Part shown: positions 1-8,311 of the stretch, piece by piece | Numbering within the stretch: the stretch's first letter is position 1 | How the letters are laid out: every line of letters begins with the position of its first letter | NCBI GenBank assembly: GCA_963931495.1 | Contig: OZ007020.1 | Coordinates: forward strand, 780,001-812,000 | DNA length: 32,000 nt | Source: an uncultured Alphaproteobacteria bacterium | Lineage (GTDB): Bacteria; Pseudomonadota; Alphaproteobacteria; Rs-D84 | Direction: 5' to 3' | Position numbers and translations under genes: made by a program | The notes under the pieces: model-generated | Database searches by the model: none | What the model was told of the DNA's origin: nothing | The model's input: the letters and a program-made list of their open reading frames with translations, nothing else

Positions 1-468
1 GTATATAAAACGTGAAAACAATTCTTCCCCAGACACACAATACAGATTACATGTTTTATCAGAAAAAGAATATGGACTGGCGGTGCCACAGTCAACATCA
101 CGTTCGCATGTTTGCCACATTGCGTCATTCACCTGGGCATCCCCAGATACAGAAAACCAATTAGCGGTAAAATTCCCCAGCACAGATTCTTGTAATGCCA
201 TCTTGGCCGAATATTCAATCGGGCCATTGCCATGAGAATGCCCAACAACCGTCCATTGACCAGTTAATTTATCTATCTCTACAATAAATGGGTCAATCCG
301 CTGGCTGCGTACCGCCCAGATTAAAATACCACATAAAAATATTACCAACAAAAACGTCACGCACGACGCAATGCCCATAAATCTGGACAACGCCACAGAC
401 TTTCCCGCCGGGAATGCGGGTGTGTTAAAATCGCTTGGATAATCCAATGGCATCCCCCCCTGTGACAT
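1..468 (-). CDS. virB8: VirB8-like type IV secretion protein, partial (C-terminus lies beyond the left edge)
   Basis: Hand translation; absent from the ORF track because there is no stop in the window. Sequence: MSQGGMPLDYPSDFNTPAFPAGKSVALSRFMGIASCVTFLLVIFLCGILIWAVRSQRIDPFIVEIDKLTGQWTVVG... It has a cytoplasmic tail, one TM helix, then 'DPFIVEIDKLTG', which resembles the VirB8/TrbF 'EPYVIRVDxxTG' signature. Confidence 0.55.
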   Translation of the reverse strand, partial: MSQGGMPLDYPSDFNTPAFPAGKSVALSRFMGIASCVTFLLVIFLCGILIWAVRSQRIDPFIVEIDKLTGQWTVVGHSHGNGPIEYSAKMALQESVLGNFTANWFSVSGDAQVNDAMWQTCERDVDCGTASPYSFSDKTCNLYCVSGEELFSRFIY

Positions 469-475
469 ATGGCGG

Positions 476-622
476 TTATGCCTGGTACACCATGATGCAC
501 GCGCATGGGCTTAATTTCAATTCGTTGTTATCGTAACCGACACCCACGGGTTCGCGGTCATAAATCTGGCCACATCCGGCCAGCGCCAATGCAATGAATG
601 CACCCAGTAAAATTTTTTTCAT
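476..622 (-). CDS. Small lipoprotein (48 aa), VirB7-like by size and by position upstream of virB8
   Basis: Hand translation: MKKILLGAFIALALAGCGQIYDREPVGVGYDNNELKLSPCACIMVYQA. Lipobox 'LAGC'. Strong SD (aaaagggggaaaagg) upstream. The stop lies 7 nt before the virB8-like ATG. Confidence 0.55.
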   Translation of the reverse strand: MKKILLGAFIALALAGCGQIYDREPVGVGYDNNELKLSPCACIMVYQA

Positions 623-692
623 AACCTTTTCCCCCTTTTATTTCCTTGGTTGAATTATAAGAAAAATTCGCCATCCCGGTCAAGATATAAAA

Positions 693-2987
693 TCAAAACT
701 GGGTTTCAAATGACAATAAAAAGCGCTGTTCACGGTCATATGGTGTCATTTTAATTGGCCACCCCCAACTGAAATTCATTGGCCCCATCGGCGTATTCCA
801 ATAAATACCAACACCCGCAGATGTACGAATTGTATCATCAATATAATTTTGTATCAGTATCCCGCCATAATCATATTCGTATTCTTGTTTCGGTGGCTTG
901 CCCAAGATTCCGTAATCAAAGAATACAAAGCCCTTGACCTGGTATTCGTCTGGGATAAATATCGGAAAGTTTAATTGCACAGAACCATTAATCTTCCATA
1001 ATCCGCCCAACGCATATGTTGAATAGTACCGCGCACGTGAACCAACACCCGCAATATCAAATCCACGCAGTGATTCCCCACCCAAGAAGTAACGATATAC
1101 ACGCGATACGTATGAATCCCCCAGCGGCTGGATTAATCCCAAATCCAATGATGCGCGCAATTGCCACCGGTCATCAAAAAACTTTACCATACCGATAACG
1201 TCCGCATTATACCGCATATATGTTTCGGTTCCACCAAATCCAGTGTACGCAATCCCCAGATTGCCGACAATGCCCGTATGGGTATTTTGTTCAAAATTCG
1301 TGTCCAGGTTATAGTACCGTAAATATGTACCAACTGTAAACAAATTTGCATTACGCCAATCTTGCCCCGTACGCATCGCAGAATACAAATCGTAATTCTG
1401 GTCAAACGCCGCCGACAAGCGCACCGTCTGGGACCAATGGTCGGTCAAACGCCACCCCATGCGCCCGGCAATGGTCAAAGAATCACGGTCATACCCAAAG
1501 CCGCCCAGTGACGTATAATCATACATTGTGTATGCAACATCAAAGCCCGCCGACAATGGCCGACCAAACAAATATGGTTCGGTGAAACTGAATAATGCCT
1601 GTTTTTGATATTGCGCCAACGATGCGCGTAATTGCACCACTTGGCCCCGCCCCATAAAGTTAGATTCAGAAATTCCTGCATCAACCATAAATCCGTTTAT
1701 GTTTGACCACCCAAATCCACCAGATAATTCGCCGGTTGGTTGTTCTTCAACCTGGATGTCCAAGTTTATCATATTTGCATCAGCAATACGATTAGGCACC
1801 ATCTGGACATTTTTGAAATACCGCGTACGCATCAAATTCTGGCGCGCTTCTTCAATTGTCTGTAATGAAAATGGATCGCCCGAACGCATCGGCACCAATT
1901 GTTCAATCACAGAATCAAATGTACGAACATTACCTAAAATATTTATATTATTCAGGTATATTCTGTTTGTGGGCTGGATTCTGAAATTTATATCAATTGT
2001 GCGGGTATCGTCATTCTTGGTCGGAATTGGTTCAACATTTATAAACGCGTACCCTGCGTCACCCACCGCACCACGCAACGCAGATATTGTTTCATCAACC
2101 AAATCAATGTTGTACGTGTCACCATCAGACATCTTCATAACGTCGTATAAATCACTGTCTGGGATATCGTGGAACGGGTTATCCAGTGTTATTTTTCCAA
2201 ATTTATATTTTTCACCTTCGTCAATTGTAAATGTCACAGAATAATATTGCCGGTCAGGCGTAAATACCCCCGTGGCATCCGTCACAACCGCATCCGCATA
2301 TCCATTACGCATATAAAACTGGCGTAACATTTGCTGGTCGTATAATATACGATCTTCATCAAAGACATCAAACTGTGTCATAAAACGCCACCACGCATGT
2401 TCGCGCGACAATATTGCATCACGCAATGTGCGGTCGCTGAATTTTTCATTACCAACAAAATCAATATCAGAAATATATGTCGGATGCCCTTCAGTTATTT
2501 CATACACAACATTAACACGATTATCACCCAATTCTATTTTTTTGGGCTCTATTTTCGTGCCAAAGAATCCCTTGCGTTGGTATATTGTTAACATCCGCTG
2601 TACGTCGGCACCAATAACAGATTCATCATACGACGAACGTTCTTTTAATCGCAATTCGTTTTTCAAATCATCTGTGGAAACGTCATCATTACCTTCAATC
2701 GTTACCATATTTACAATTGGTGATTCGGTAATATCTATTTTTAATACATTGCCCGACATACGAACACTGACGCGTGAAAAATATCCACTTTCTTGTAATT
2801 TTTTCGCAATCTGGTTTGCCTGTTCTGTGTTAACACTGTCGCCGATTTTGACATCAGATAAAATACGCACAGATTCTGTATCCATGCGCTTATTCCCAGT
2901 AACATCAATACGCGAAACAGTTGCGGCATCTGCGAATGGCGCAATCATTATCGCTGTTGTTGTAAACAATATTTTTTTAATATTCAT
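693..2987 (-). CDS. bamA: Outer membrane protein assembly factor BamA (Omp85)
   Basis: 764 aa with a signal peptide, POTRA-like repeats (e.g. 'VSRIDVTGNKR', 'ISDIDFVGNEKF') and a C-terminal beta-barrel ending '...LSFETQF'. Lies in rseP-bamA synteny. Confidence 0.95.
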   Translation of the reverse strand: MNIKKILFTTTAIMIAPFADAATVSRIDVTGNKRMDTESVRILSDVKIGDSVNTEQANQIAKKLQESGYFSRVSVRMSGNVLKIDITESPIVNMVTIEGNDDVSTDDLKNELRLKERSSYDESVIGADVQRMLTIYQRKGFFGTKIEPKKIELGDNRVNVVYEITEGHPTYISDIDFVGNEKFSDRTLRDAILSREHAWWRFMTQFDVFDEDRILYDQQMLRQFYMRNGYADAVVTDATGVFTPDRQYYSVTFTIDEGEKYKFGKITLDNPFHDIPDSDLYDVMKMSDGDTYNIDLVDETISALRGAVGDAGYAFINVEPIPTKNDDTRTIDINFRIQPTNRIYLNNINILGNVRTFDSVIEQLVPMRSGDPFSLQTIEEARQNLMRTRYFKNVQMVPNRIADANMINLDIQVEEQPTGELSGGFGWSNINGFMVDAGISESNFMGRGQVVQLRASLAQYQKQALFSFTEPYLFGRPLSAGFDVAYTMYDYTSLGGFGYDRDSLTIAGRMGWRLTDHWSQTVRLSAAFDQNYDLYSAMRTGQDWRNANLFTVGTYLRYYNLDTNFEQNTHTGIVGNLGIAYTGFGGTETYMRYNADVIGMVKFFDDRWQLRASLDLGLIQPLGDSYVSRVYRYFLGGESLRGFDIAGVGSRARYYSTYALGGLWKINGSVQLNFPIFIPDEYQVKGFVFFDYGILGKPPKQEYEYDYGGILIQNYIDDTIRTSAGVGIYWNTPMGPMNFSWGWPIKMTPYDREQRFLLSFETQF

Positions 2988-2989
2988 AT

Positions 2990-4048
2990 TTAACTTAACC
3001 CAAATACACGCGCCAAATCATTCCACATGGTCAGTGCGAACAATCCGATAATTAATAGCCATCCGATTATTATTGCAATTTCCATGCCACGCCCCCCCAG
3101 TTTGCGCCGTGTTATTGCCTCTATTATCAAAATCAGCAAATAACCACCATCCAATACCGGTAACGGCAACAAATTTATAACACCAAGATTCACAGATAGC
3201 AACGCAATAATTGATAACAATGCAACAAGTCCCATTGACAAGGCTTGACCCGACACTTCGGCAATAGTTATAAATGACCCCAGTTGTTTTGACGACCGTT
3301 CACCAGTAATAATTTGCTTTAACACAACCAATAATGTTTTAGACTGGTAATATGTTTCGCGCGCGCCAGCATACAGTCCGTCAAAGAATCCCTTTTTGCG
3401 CAATTCCGTTTTGCTGCCATCGGCAACCAGTCCCCACCGTTCGGCCGGCGCCAGTTGAACACGAACCAAATCTTCGCCACGCAATAACAGCACATTTGCA
3501 TCATGACCAGATGCCAATTCTTTGGCAATAATTAATTCACCCCAATTGGTAATTGGTTCATCATCAATACGCATGACAATATCACCCGGCTTTACCCCGG
3601 CGTCAAACGCGATGCTTTCTTGGATAACCTGGCCAACAACCGGCAATTGAACCTGTTTTGGTTGGAACATAAAAATCCCAGAATATATTAACCACGCCAA
3701 AATAAAATTCATTGTGACACCGGCGGCAACAATTATAAATTGCTTCCACGCCGGCACCGATAAATAATGACCGCACTTTTTTTCATCGGGCAATTCTGCA
3801 TATTTTTTGCGGTCAAACATGTCTTCTTGACCATAAATAGAAACATAACCGCCCAACGGCAAACACGCCAGTTTCCAAACAGTACCATGTTTATCATGCC
3901 ATTTTACAATCGCTGGGCCAAAACCAATTGAAAATGTATCAACGCGTACGCCCGCCCAGCGCGCCGCCAAAAAATGCCCCAGTTCGTGGACAAAAACCAC
4001 AACCCCCAGTACAATTAATAATGCAATTATTGCCAATACAATCTGCAT
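2990..4048 (-). CDS. rseP: RIP zinc metalloprotease RseP
   Basis: 'HELGH' zinc motif in TM1, an internal PDZ-like region and a multi-TM C-terminus. Conserved position between cdsA and bamA. Confidence 0.9.
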   Translation of the reverse strand: MQIVLAIIALLIVLGVVVFVHELGHFLAARWAGVRVDTFSIGFGPAIVKWHDKHGTVWKLACLPLGGYVSIYGQEDMFDRKKYAELPDEKKCGHYLSVPAWKQFIIVAAGVTMNFILAWLIYSGIFMFQPKQVQLPVVGQVIQESIAFDAGVKPGDIVMRIDDEPITNWGELIIAKELASGHDANVLLLRGEDLVRVQLAPAERWGLVADGSKTELRKKGFFDGLYAGARETYYQSKTLLVVLKQIITGERSSKQLGSFITIAEVSGQALSMGLVALLSIIALLSVNLGVINLLPLPVLDGGYLLILIIEAITRRKLGGRGMEIAIIIGWLLIIGLFALTMWNDLARVFGLS

Positions 4049-4074
4049 GAAACCCGGCCCCTTTTATCATAAAA

Positions 4075-4719
4075 CTATAACAACACCAACCATATTAATG
4101 GCAATGCGTAAATCCAACCATCAAAACGATCCAATAACCCACCATGGCCCGGCAAAATACGGCCAAAATCTTTCAGTCCCATTTTGCGTTTAATCCAACT
4201 GGCGGTTAAGTCACCATACTGACTTAACAACGAAATACTGATACCAATCCACATCAGTTGTGGCATAAATACATCCGCCCCCAGCAATCCATACATTACC
4301 GATGCAAATGTTCCACACAAAATACCCGCAATTTGCCCCGACCACGTTTTCCCCGCAGACAGCCGTTCCCACATCTTGTCACCACCAATCATACGGCCAA
4401 AGAACCACGCACCAATATCAGCACAACATATAATCAACAACAATAACAACATTATCCACGGCCGCGACCCAACAGATTCCACCGCCACCAACATCACGAC
4501 CAACCATGCTAAAAACGCCCCAAACGATAACCAATTCTTTTTTAATACATCGCGCGGGGTACGCACCATGCAAATAATCATTTCTGTAATCATTCCGATT
4601 ACAATAACAATCCCCAAATATTTAACAGCCGGCACGCCATAGTATTCACCAATCGCCGCCGCGACAACGACCAATGTCATAATGGCCCCAACCAGAATTC
4701 TTTGCATGGTATTTGACAT
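4075..4719 (-). CDS. cdsA: Phosphatidate cytidylyltransferase CdsA
   Basis: Signature 'SWIKRKMGLKDFGRILPGHGGLLDRFD'. Start moved to the internal Met (MSNTMQR) that abuts the uppS stop. Confidence 0.85.
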   Translation of the reverse strand: MSNTMQRILVGAIMTLVVVAAAIGEYYGVPAVKYLGIVIVIGMITEMIICMVRTPRDVLKKNWLSFGAFLAWLVVMLVAVESVGSRPWIMLLLLLIICCADIGAWFFGRMIGGDKMWERLSAGKTWSGQIAGILCGTFASVMYGLLGADVFMPQLMWIGISISLLSQYGDLTASWIKRKMGLKDFGRILPGHGGLLDRFDGWIYALPLIWLVLL

Positions 4720-4720
4720 T

Positions 4721-5500
4721 TTATTTCCCCTTGTGTTTTTTGCCGGAATAATCCGCCTTTTTACCGCCACCAAAGCGACGATTGCGCTTGGCATATTCGT
4801 CCAGCGTAAATTGCCACAATTCTTCGCTGCGAACTAAATCAGGCCAATGTTGTGGTATAAACAATAATTCTGCATATGCCAGTTTCCATAACAGAAAGTT
4901 TGAAATTCTGAATTCATTACTGGTACGCACCATCAAATCAATTGGTAACAGTTCGCCTGTATCCAAAAATGTTTCAAATGTTTCCTTGGTCACTGGTTCG
5001 CCCGCGGCAATCGCATCGTTTACTGCGGCAACAATTTCATCTTGCCCGCCATAGTTTAGTGCGAACACAACAGTTCCCCCGGTATTTTCGGCCGATGCCG
5101 ATTCCAATTCATCACATTTTTTCGCCAATTTCGTTGGCAATTTGTCACGTGACCCCACAACGCGATAGCGCAAATTTTTTTCCAGCGCATGTCGCATGTT
5201 TTTATCCAGTTCCGTATAGAATAAATCCATCAAAAAGTCTACTTCTTCTTGGGAACGATTCCAATTTTCTGTTGAAAACAAAAAGAACGTGATTGTTGTT
5301 ACGCCACGTGCAATAAACCAATCCACCAAATTTTCAAAATTTGTAATCCCCGCCTGGTGCCCCGCCAACGGCGGTAAACCACGTGCTTCGGCCCAGCGGC
5401 GATTACCATCACATATAAATGCGATATGCTGTGGAATTTTTGGTGCATCTGCACATTCTGTTATATTTTCTTGTTTTTTCTTTTTGAATATTTTCAGCAT
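4721..5500 (-). CDS. uppS: Undecaprenyl-diphosphate synthase (cis-isoprenyl transferase)
   Basis: 'HIAFICDGNRRWA' and 'RTSNEFRISNFLLWKLAYAEL' motifs. Confidence 0.9.
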   Translation of the reverse strand: MLKIFKKKKQENITECADAPKIPQHIAFICDGNRRWAEARGLPPLAGHQAGITNFENLVDWFIARGVTTITFFLFSTENWNRSQEEVDFLMDLFYTELDKNMRHALEKNLRYRVVGSRDKLPTKLAKKCDELESASAENTGGTVVFALNYGGQDEIVAAVNDAIAAGEPVTKETFETFLDTGELLPIDLMVRTSNEFRISNFLLWKLAYAELLFIPQHWPDLVRSEELWQFTLDEYAKRNRRFGGGKKADYSGKKHKGK

Positions 5501-5537
5501 TTTTTATCCAATGTTGTTATTCTGTACCACCAAGACA

Positions 5538-6098
5538 TTATACAGACATAATATCCGCTTCTTTCTGTTTGGCCAACGCATCAACATCGGCGGCACGCTG
5601 GTCAAAAACCTTTTGGATATCATCTTCGTATTTACGTTGATCGTCTTCGGAAATTTCTTTGTCTGCAACCGCACGTTTAATTTTGCCCATCGCATCTTGC
5701 CGAATGTTGCGCATAGAAATCTTGGCTTCTTCGGCGTATTTACCGGCAACCTTGGTCAATTCTTTGCGGCGTTCTTCGGTCAGTGGCGGCATATTCAGAC
5801 GGATAACACCACCCGCCGTCATCGGATTTAATCCCAGCCCAGAATCACGAATTGCCTTTTCAACCGCGCCGGCATTATTAATGTCCCACACAGTTACGGT
5901 TAACGTCTGGGTATCTGGGGTGGCAACGGTTGCGACCTGGTTCAACGGCATATCAGATCCATAAACCGGAACCCGCACACCATCCAACAGATGGACAGAT
6001 GCGCGCCCCGTACGCAATCCGGCATATTCATCTTTTAATACATCCAATGTTTGTGATGTTTTTTGTTCTACTTCGGCTTTCAGTGCTTGATAGTCCAT
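5538..6098 (-). CDS. frr: Ribosome recycling factor
   Basis: 186 aa with typical Frr sequence ('GRASVHLLDGVRV', 'NPMTAGGVIRLNMPPLTEERRKEL'). Confidence 0.95.
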   Translation of the reverse strand: MDYQALKAEVEQKTSQTLDVLKDEYAGLRTGRASVHLLDGVRVPVYGSDMPLNQVATVATPDTQTLTVTVWDINNAGAVEKAIRDSGLGLNPMTAGGVIRLNMPPLTEERRKELTKVAGKYAEEAKISMRNIRQDAMGKIKRAVADKEISEDDQRKYEDDIQKVFDQRAADVDALAKQKEADIMSV

Positions 6099-6138
6099 GA
6101 TAATCTCCTTGCTTGTTCAAAAAGGTTAGCAAATTGAT

Positions 6139-6167
6139 TTGACTTTTGGCAAGAAGAAATATAGAAT
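6139..6167 (+). promoter_or_regulatory. Sigma70-like promoter for the tRNA-Ala/tRNA-His pair
   Basis: TTGACT-17 nt-TAGAAT, ending about 12 nt before the tRNA-Ala 5' end. Confidence 0.5.
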
Positions 6168-6179
6168 AAAGTTTCGCAT

Positions 6180-6255
6180 GGGGTTGTAGCTCAGCTGGTA
6201 GAGCACTTGCATGGCATGCAAGGGGTCGTCGGTTCAAGTCCGATCAGCTCCACCA
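6180..6255 (+). tRNA. tRNA-Ala (anticodon GGC)
   Basis: Hand-folded cloverleaf: GGGGTTG/CAGCTCC acceptor with G3:U70, anticodon loop ATGGCAT, T-arm GTCGG-TTCAAGT-CCGAT, encoded CCA. Confidence 0.9.
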
Positions 6256-6266
6256 AAATTCAGTAT

Positions 6267-6344
6267 GGCGGATGTAGCTCAGCTGGTTAGAGCGTTGGTT
6301 TGTGGTACCAAATGTCGCCGGTTCGAATCCGGTCATCCGCCCCA
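6267..6344 (+). tRNA. tRNA-His (anticodon GTG) with encoded G-1 and C73
   Basis: G-1 followed by GCGGATG/CATCCGC acceptor, anticodon loop TTGTGGT, T-arm GCCGG-TTCGAAT-CCGGT, discriminator C, encoded CCA. Confidence 0.9.
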
Positions 6345-6415
6345 GAAATAAAAAAACGCCCAACGGGCGATTTTTTATTTATGTGCACAGGATGCGGATG
6401 AGAACCGCGGTTCGC
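6326..6415 (+). repeat. Repeat copy A: last ~19 nt of tRNA-His, terminator and ~45 nt of downstream sequence
   Basis: 90 nt, identical by eye to 8312..8401 apart from one substitution (gatgaGaacc vs gatgaTaacc). Confidence 0.85.
6357..6376. terminator. Bidirectional intrinsic terminator after tRNA-His
   Basis: cgccc-aac-gggcg hairpin flanked by an A-run upstream and a T-run downstream. It is part of the repeated module. Confidence 0.7.
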
Positions 6416-6535
6416 ATACGAGTACACAAGGCAAGCGTCAGCGCAGCCGAGTGAATACGAGTGGTGAGCAGCACCGCCAGGTGCGCCAAGCGAACAATAC
6501 GAAGTTGGGCAATGAAAATTGCCCGACGCAGGTGA

Positions 6536-6549
6536 CCGGTCATCCACCA
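6536..6549 (+). repeat. Degenerate extra copy of the tRNA-His 3' end (ccggtcatccacca)
   Basis: 10/10 match to 'ccggtcatcc' from the tRNA T-stem/acceptor, then divergence. It lies just before the stop of the 151-aa ORF. Confidence 0.5.
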
Positions 6550-6564
6550 ATCTATCGGTATAAT

Positions 6565-7020
6565 TCAATATTTAATCGCATACATGCATTCCAACATCTT
6601 TGGAACGTTGTCTGGTTTAATACCATTTAGCAATTTGACCGAAGCAATTGAACCAAATGGCGCATAAAACTTTGGTTGTATGACGCTTTTTGTATTATAT
6701 TCATTAAATTCATAATATTTTGCGATGCAGTTATTTATCGCTGCTTCTGTATCCGCGATTGACATATGGATAAAAATATCCCATACCTGGTCAGCAATTT
6801 CATCATATTTGTAATCGTCAAACCGATAGTTGTCATAAAAGTATTCCAAAACTTGTTTTGATTGCGCCTCTATCAGGTCGGATATATTTGCAGGGAAATT
6901 ATATCTCGGGTGCGATGCGCGGTATATGTCCAGCTTTTCTTGATTTACGCCCCACGCATTATCAACGCCAGCATTTGCCGCAAACGGCAACATAAACAAC
7001 AGCAATACCAGTTTTTTCAT
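6565..7020 (-). CDS. Secreted protein; paralogue of the GH108 core of the upstream gene, lacking the catalytic EGGY motif
   Basis: Signal peptide MKKLVLLLFMLPFAANA. 'NAWGVNQEKLDIYRASHPRYNFPANISDLIEAQSKQVLEYFYDNY' aligns by eye with 'NAGITKGALDRYNTDHPNFNFPHNVRELTPEQAVQIYKEDYYDER' of ORF 7052..7909. Confidence 0.6.
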   Translation of the reverse strand: MKKLVLLLFMLPFAANAGVDNAWGVNQEKLDIYRASHPRYNFPANISDLIEAQSKQVLEYFYDNYRFDDYKYDEIADQVWDIFIHMSIADTEAAINNCIAKYYEFNEYNTKSVIQPKFYAPFGSIASVKLLNGIKPDNVPKMLECMYAIKY

Positions 7021-7051
7021 ACAGTCATTATCAAAATAATAACATTAAAAA

Positions 7052-7909
7052 TCAATATCTTTCTGTACGTGCCGTCCAACCATCGCCATATTTGTTCCAA
7101 GTTGAAAGTCCTGCCAAATATTCCAAACGCTTTTCCTTCAAAGCATCCATAAAAGCCGCTATGTCTGAATTGGGGATATTATTTAGCGCATTGATTGTGT
7201 CATTGCCCATAATACCATCAACAGCCAATTTTGTGTTTGTGTTTTCGTTTAATGTTTCCTGAACTATGCGACTGACAGCAGAAAATTTACTCATAACCCC
7301 CATATCAAAAATAGCACCAGCAATACGGTCGTTTTCTATTTCATTTATTCGTCGTTCGTCATAGTAATCTTCTTTATATATCTGAACGGCTTGTTCTGGT
7401 GTTAATTCTCGTACATTATGTGGGAAATTAAAGTTTGGGTGATCTGTATTATATCTGTCTAATGCACCCTTAGTTATTCCTGCATTGGTAGGTTGATCAA
7501 TAAGGTTCGGATTATCTACATACCCTCCTTCTTCTGCCATAGTGTGTAATATTATTTTGTCGCGTCGTTCATCACCGATAGGCTTATCGTTGTCATCAAC
7601 TTCGCATTCTTCTATCCAACAGCGACAATTAATATGATGCGGGAAATTTGGTATTTCTTCTTGGTGTTCATAAATTTTGTCCGCAAAACTGGCACAGTCA
7701 TCACACGTTTTTTCATCATCAATCGCATGCCACACCCATACAGTTCGCACAGAAATATTGCGCCCAGTTGAATCTGTAAAACTTTTTCCATACTTTTGGT
7801 TAAAATAATCCTTAACTTGTTTAGCCACATTTTCGTGATTTGGGTTATTGAGGTTGGTATAAGCATCACTTGTCATTAAGTCTTTGATGTTGTTTGGTAG
7901 TTTGTTCAT
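7052..7909 (-). CDS. Fusion protein: MuF/SPP1-gp7-type C-terminal motif plus GH108 muramidase plus PG_binding_3-like domain
   Basis: N-terminal part 'WHAIDDEKTCDDCASFADKIY...PNFPHHINCRCWIEE' is the phage head-morphogenesis MuF motif. 'AEEGGYVDNP...NAGITKG' is the GH108 catalytic region. 'KLAVDGIMGNDTINALNN' is a peptidoglycan-binding repeat. Confidence 0.75.
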   Translation of the reverse strand: MNKLPNNIKDLMTSDAYTNLNNPNHENVAKQVKDYFNQKYGKSFTDSTGRNISVRTVWVWHAIDDEKTCDDCASFADKIYEHQEEIPNFPHHINCRCWIEECEVDDNDKPIGDERRDKIILHTMAEEGGYVDNPNLIDQPTNAGITKGALDRYNTDHPNFNFPHNVRELTPEQAVQIYKEDYYDERRINEIENDRIAGAIFDMGVMSKFSAVSRIVQETLNENTNTKLAVDGIMGNDTINALNNIPNSDIAAFMDALKEKRLEYLAGLSTWNKYGDGWTARTERY

Positions 7910-7951
7910 TGTATATCCCTGGGTTGTAAAAAAATGCTATATGATGGGAAA

Positions 7952-7976
7952 TAAAAAAAGACGACCAATGTCGTCT
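7952..7976 (-). terminator. Intrinsic terminator upstream of the MuF-GH108 gene
   Basis: Minus-strand agacgac-attg-gtcgtct hairpin (7 bp) followed by a T-run. Confidence 0.6.
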
Positions 7977-7991
7977 GTTATGCGGACGCGT

Positions 7992-8019
7992 ATTATACTA
8001 TAAAAAGGTAATTTTTCAA
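7992..8019 (-). promoter_or_regulatory. Near-consensus sigma70-like promoter (TTGAAA-16-TATAAT) firing into the terminator at 7952..7976
   Basis: Read on the minus strand: ttgaaa aattacctttttatag tataat acgcgtccgcataacag. Confidence 0.5.
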
Positions 8020-8146
8020 TATATTTATGTCTTTACATCACGTCGGGGCATATACCGCATTCGGCCAGCAGCGACCCAAAATCCCATTTCACAATCATGA
8101 AATCACGAATATATTTTTGTCCCGATGTTCGTATCAATTTAATAAG

Positions 8147-8216
8147 TCCGCCCCAGAAATAAAAAACGCCCAACGGGCGATTTTTATTTATGTGCACAGG
8201 ATGCGGATGAGAACCG
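8147..8216 (+). repeat. Repeat copy B: last 9 nt of tRNA-His, terminator and conserved downstream block
   Basis: 'tccgccccagaaataaaaaacgcccaacgggcgatttttatttatgtgcacaggatgcggatgagaaccg'. It matches copies A and C except for homopolymer lengths. Confidence 0.8.
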
Positions 8217-8311
8217 GCGAGAAAGCCGTTCGAACCGCTGCAAAAAGGCGGACGAGAGTACGCCGGTTGTGCGAATGCACAATTTTGCAAGGTGATGAAG
8301 CGCAGCGAAAT

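Noticed and set aside
1016-2591. Multiple 60-207-aa ORFs on both strands inside bamA (e.g. 1699..2244 +, 2428..3051 +)
   Set aside because: They are shadow frames within a 764-aa gene that has unambiguous Omp85/BamA features.
6287-6568. 93-aa minus-strand ORF, and the ORFs at 8027..8416 (+) and 8033..8374 (-)
   Set aside because: They overlap tRNA-His and the non-coding repeat modules. Shared peptide strings (e.g. 'HINKKSPVGRFFISGADDRI') only reflect the DNA repeat.
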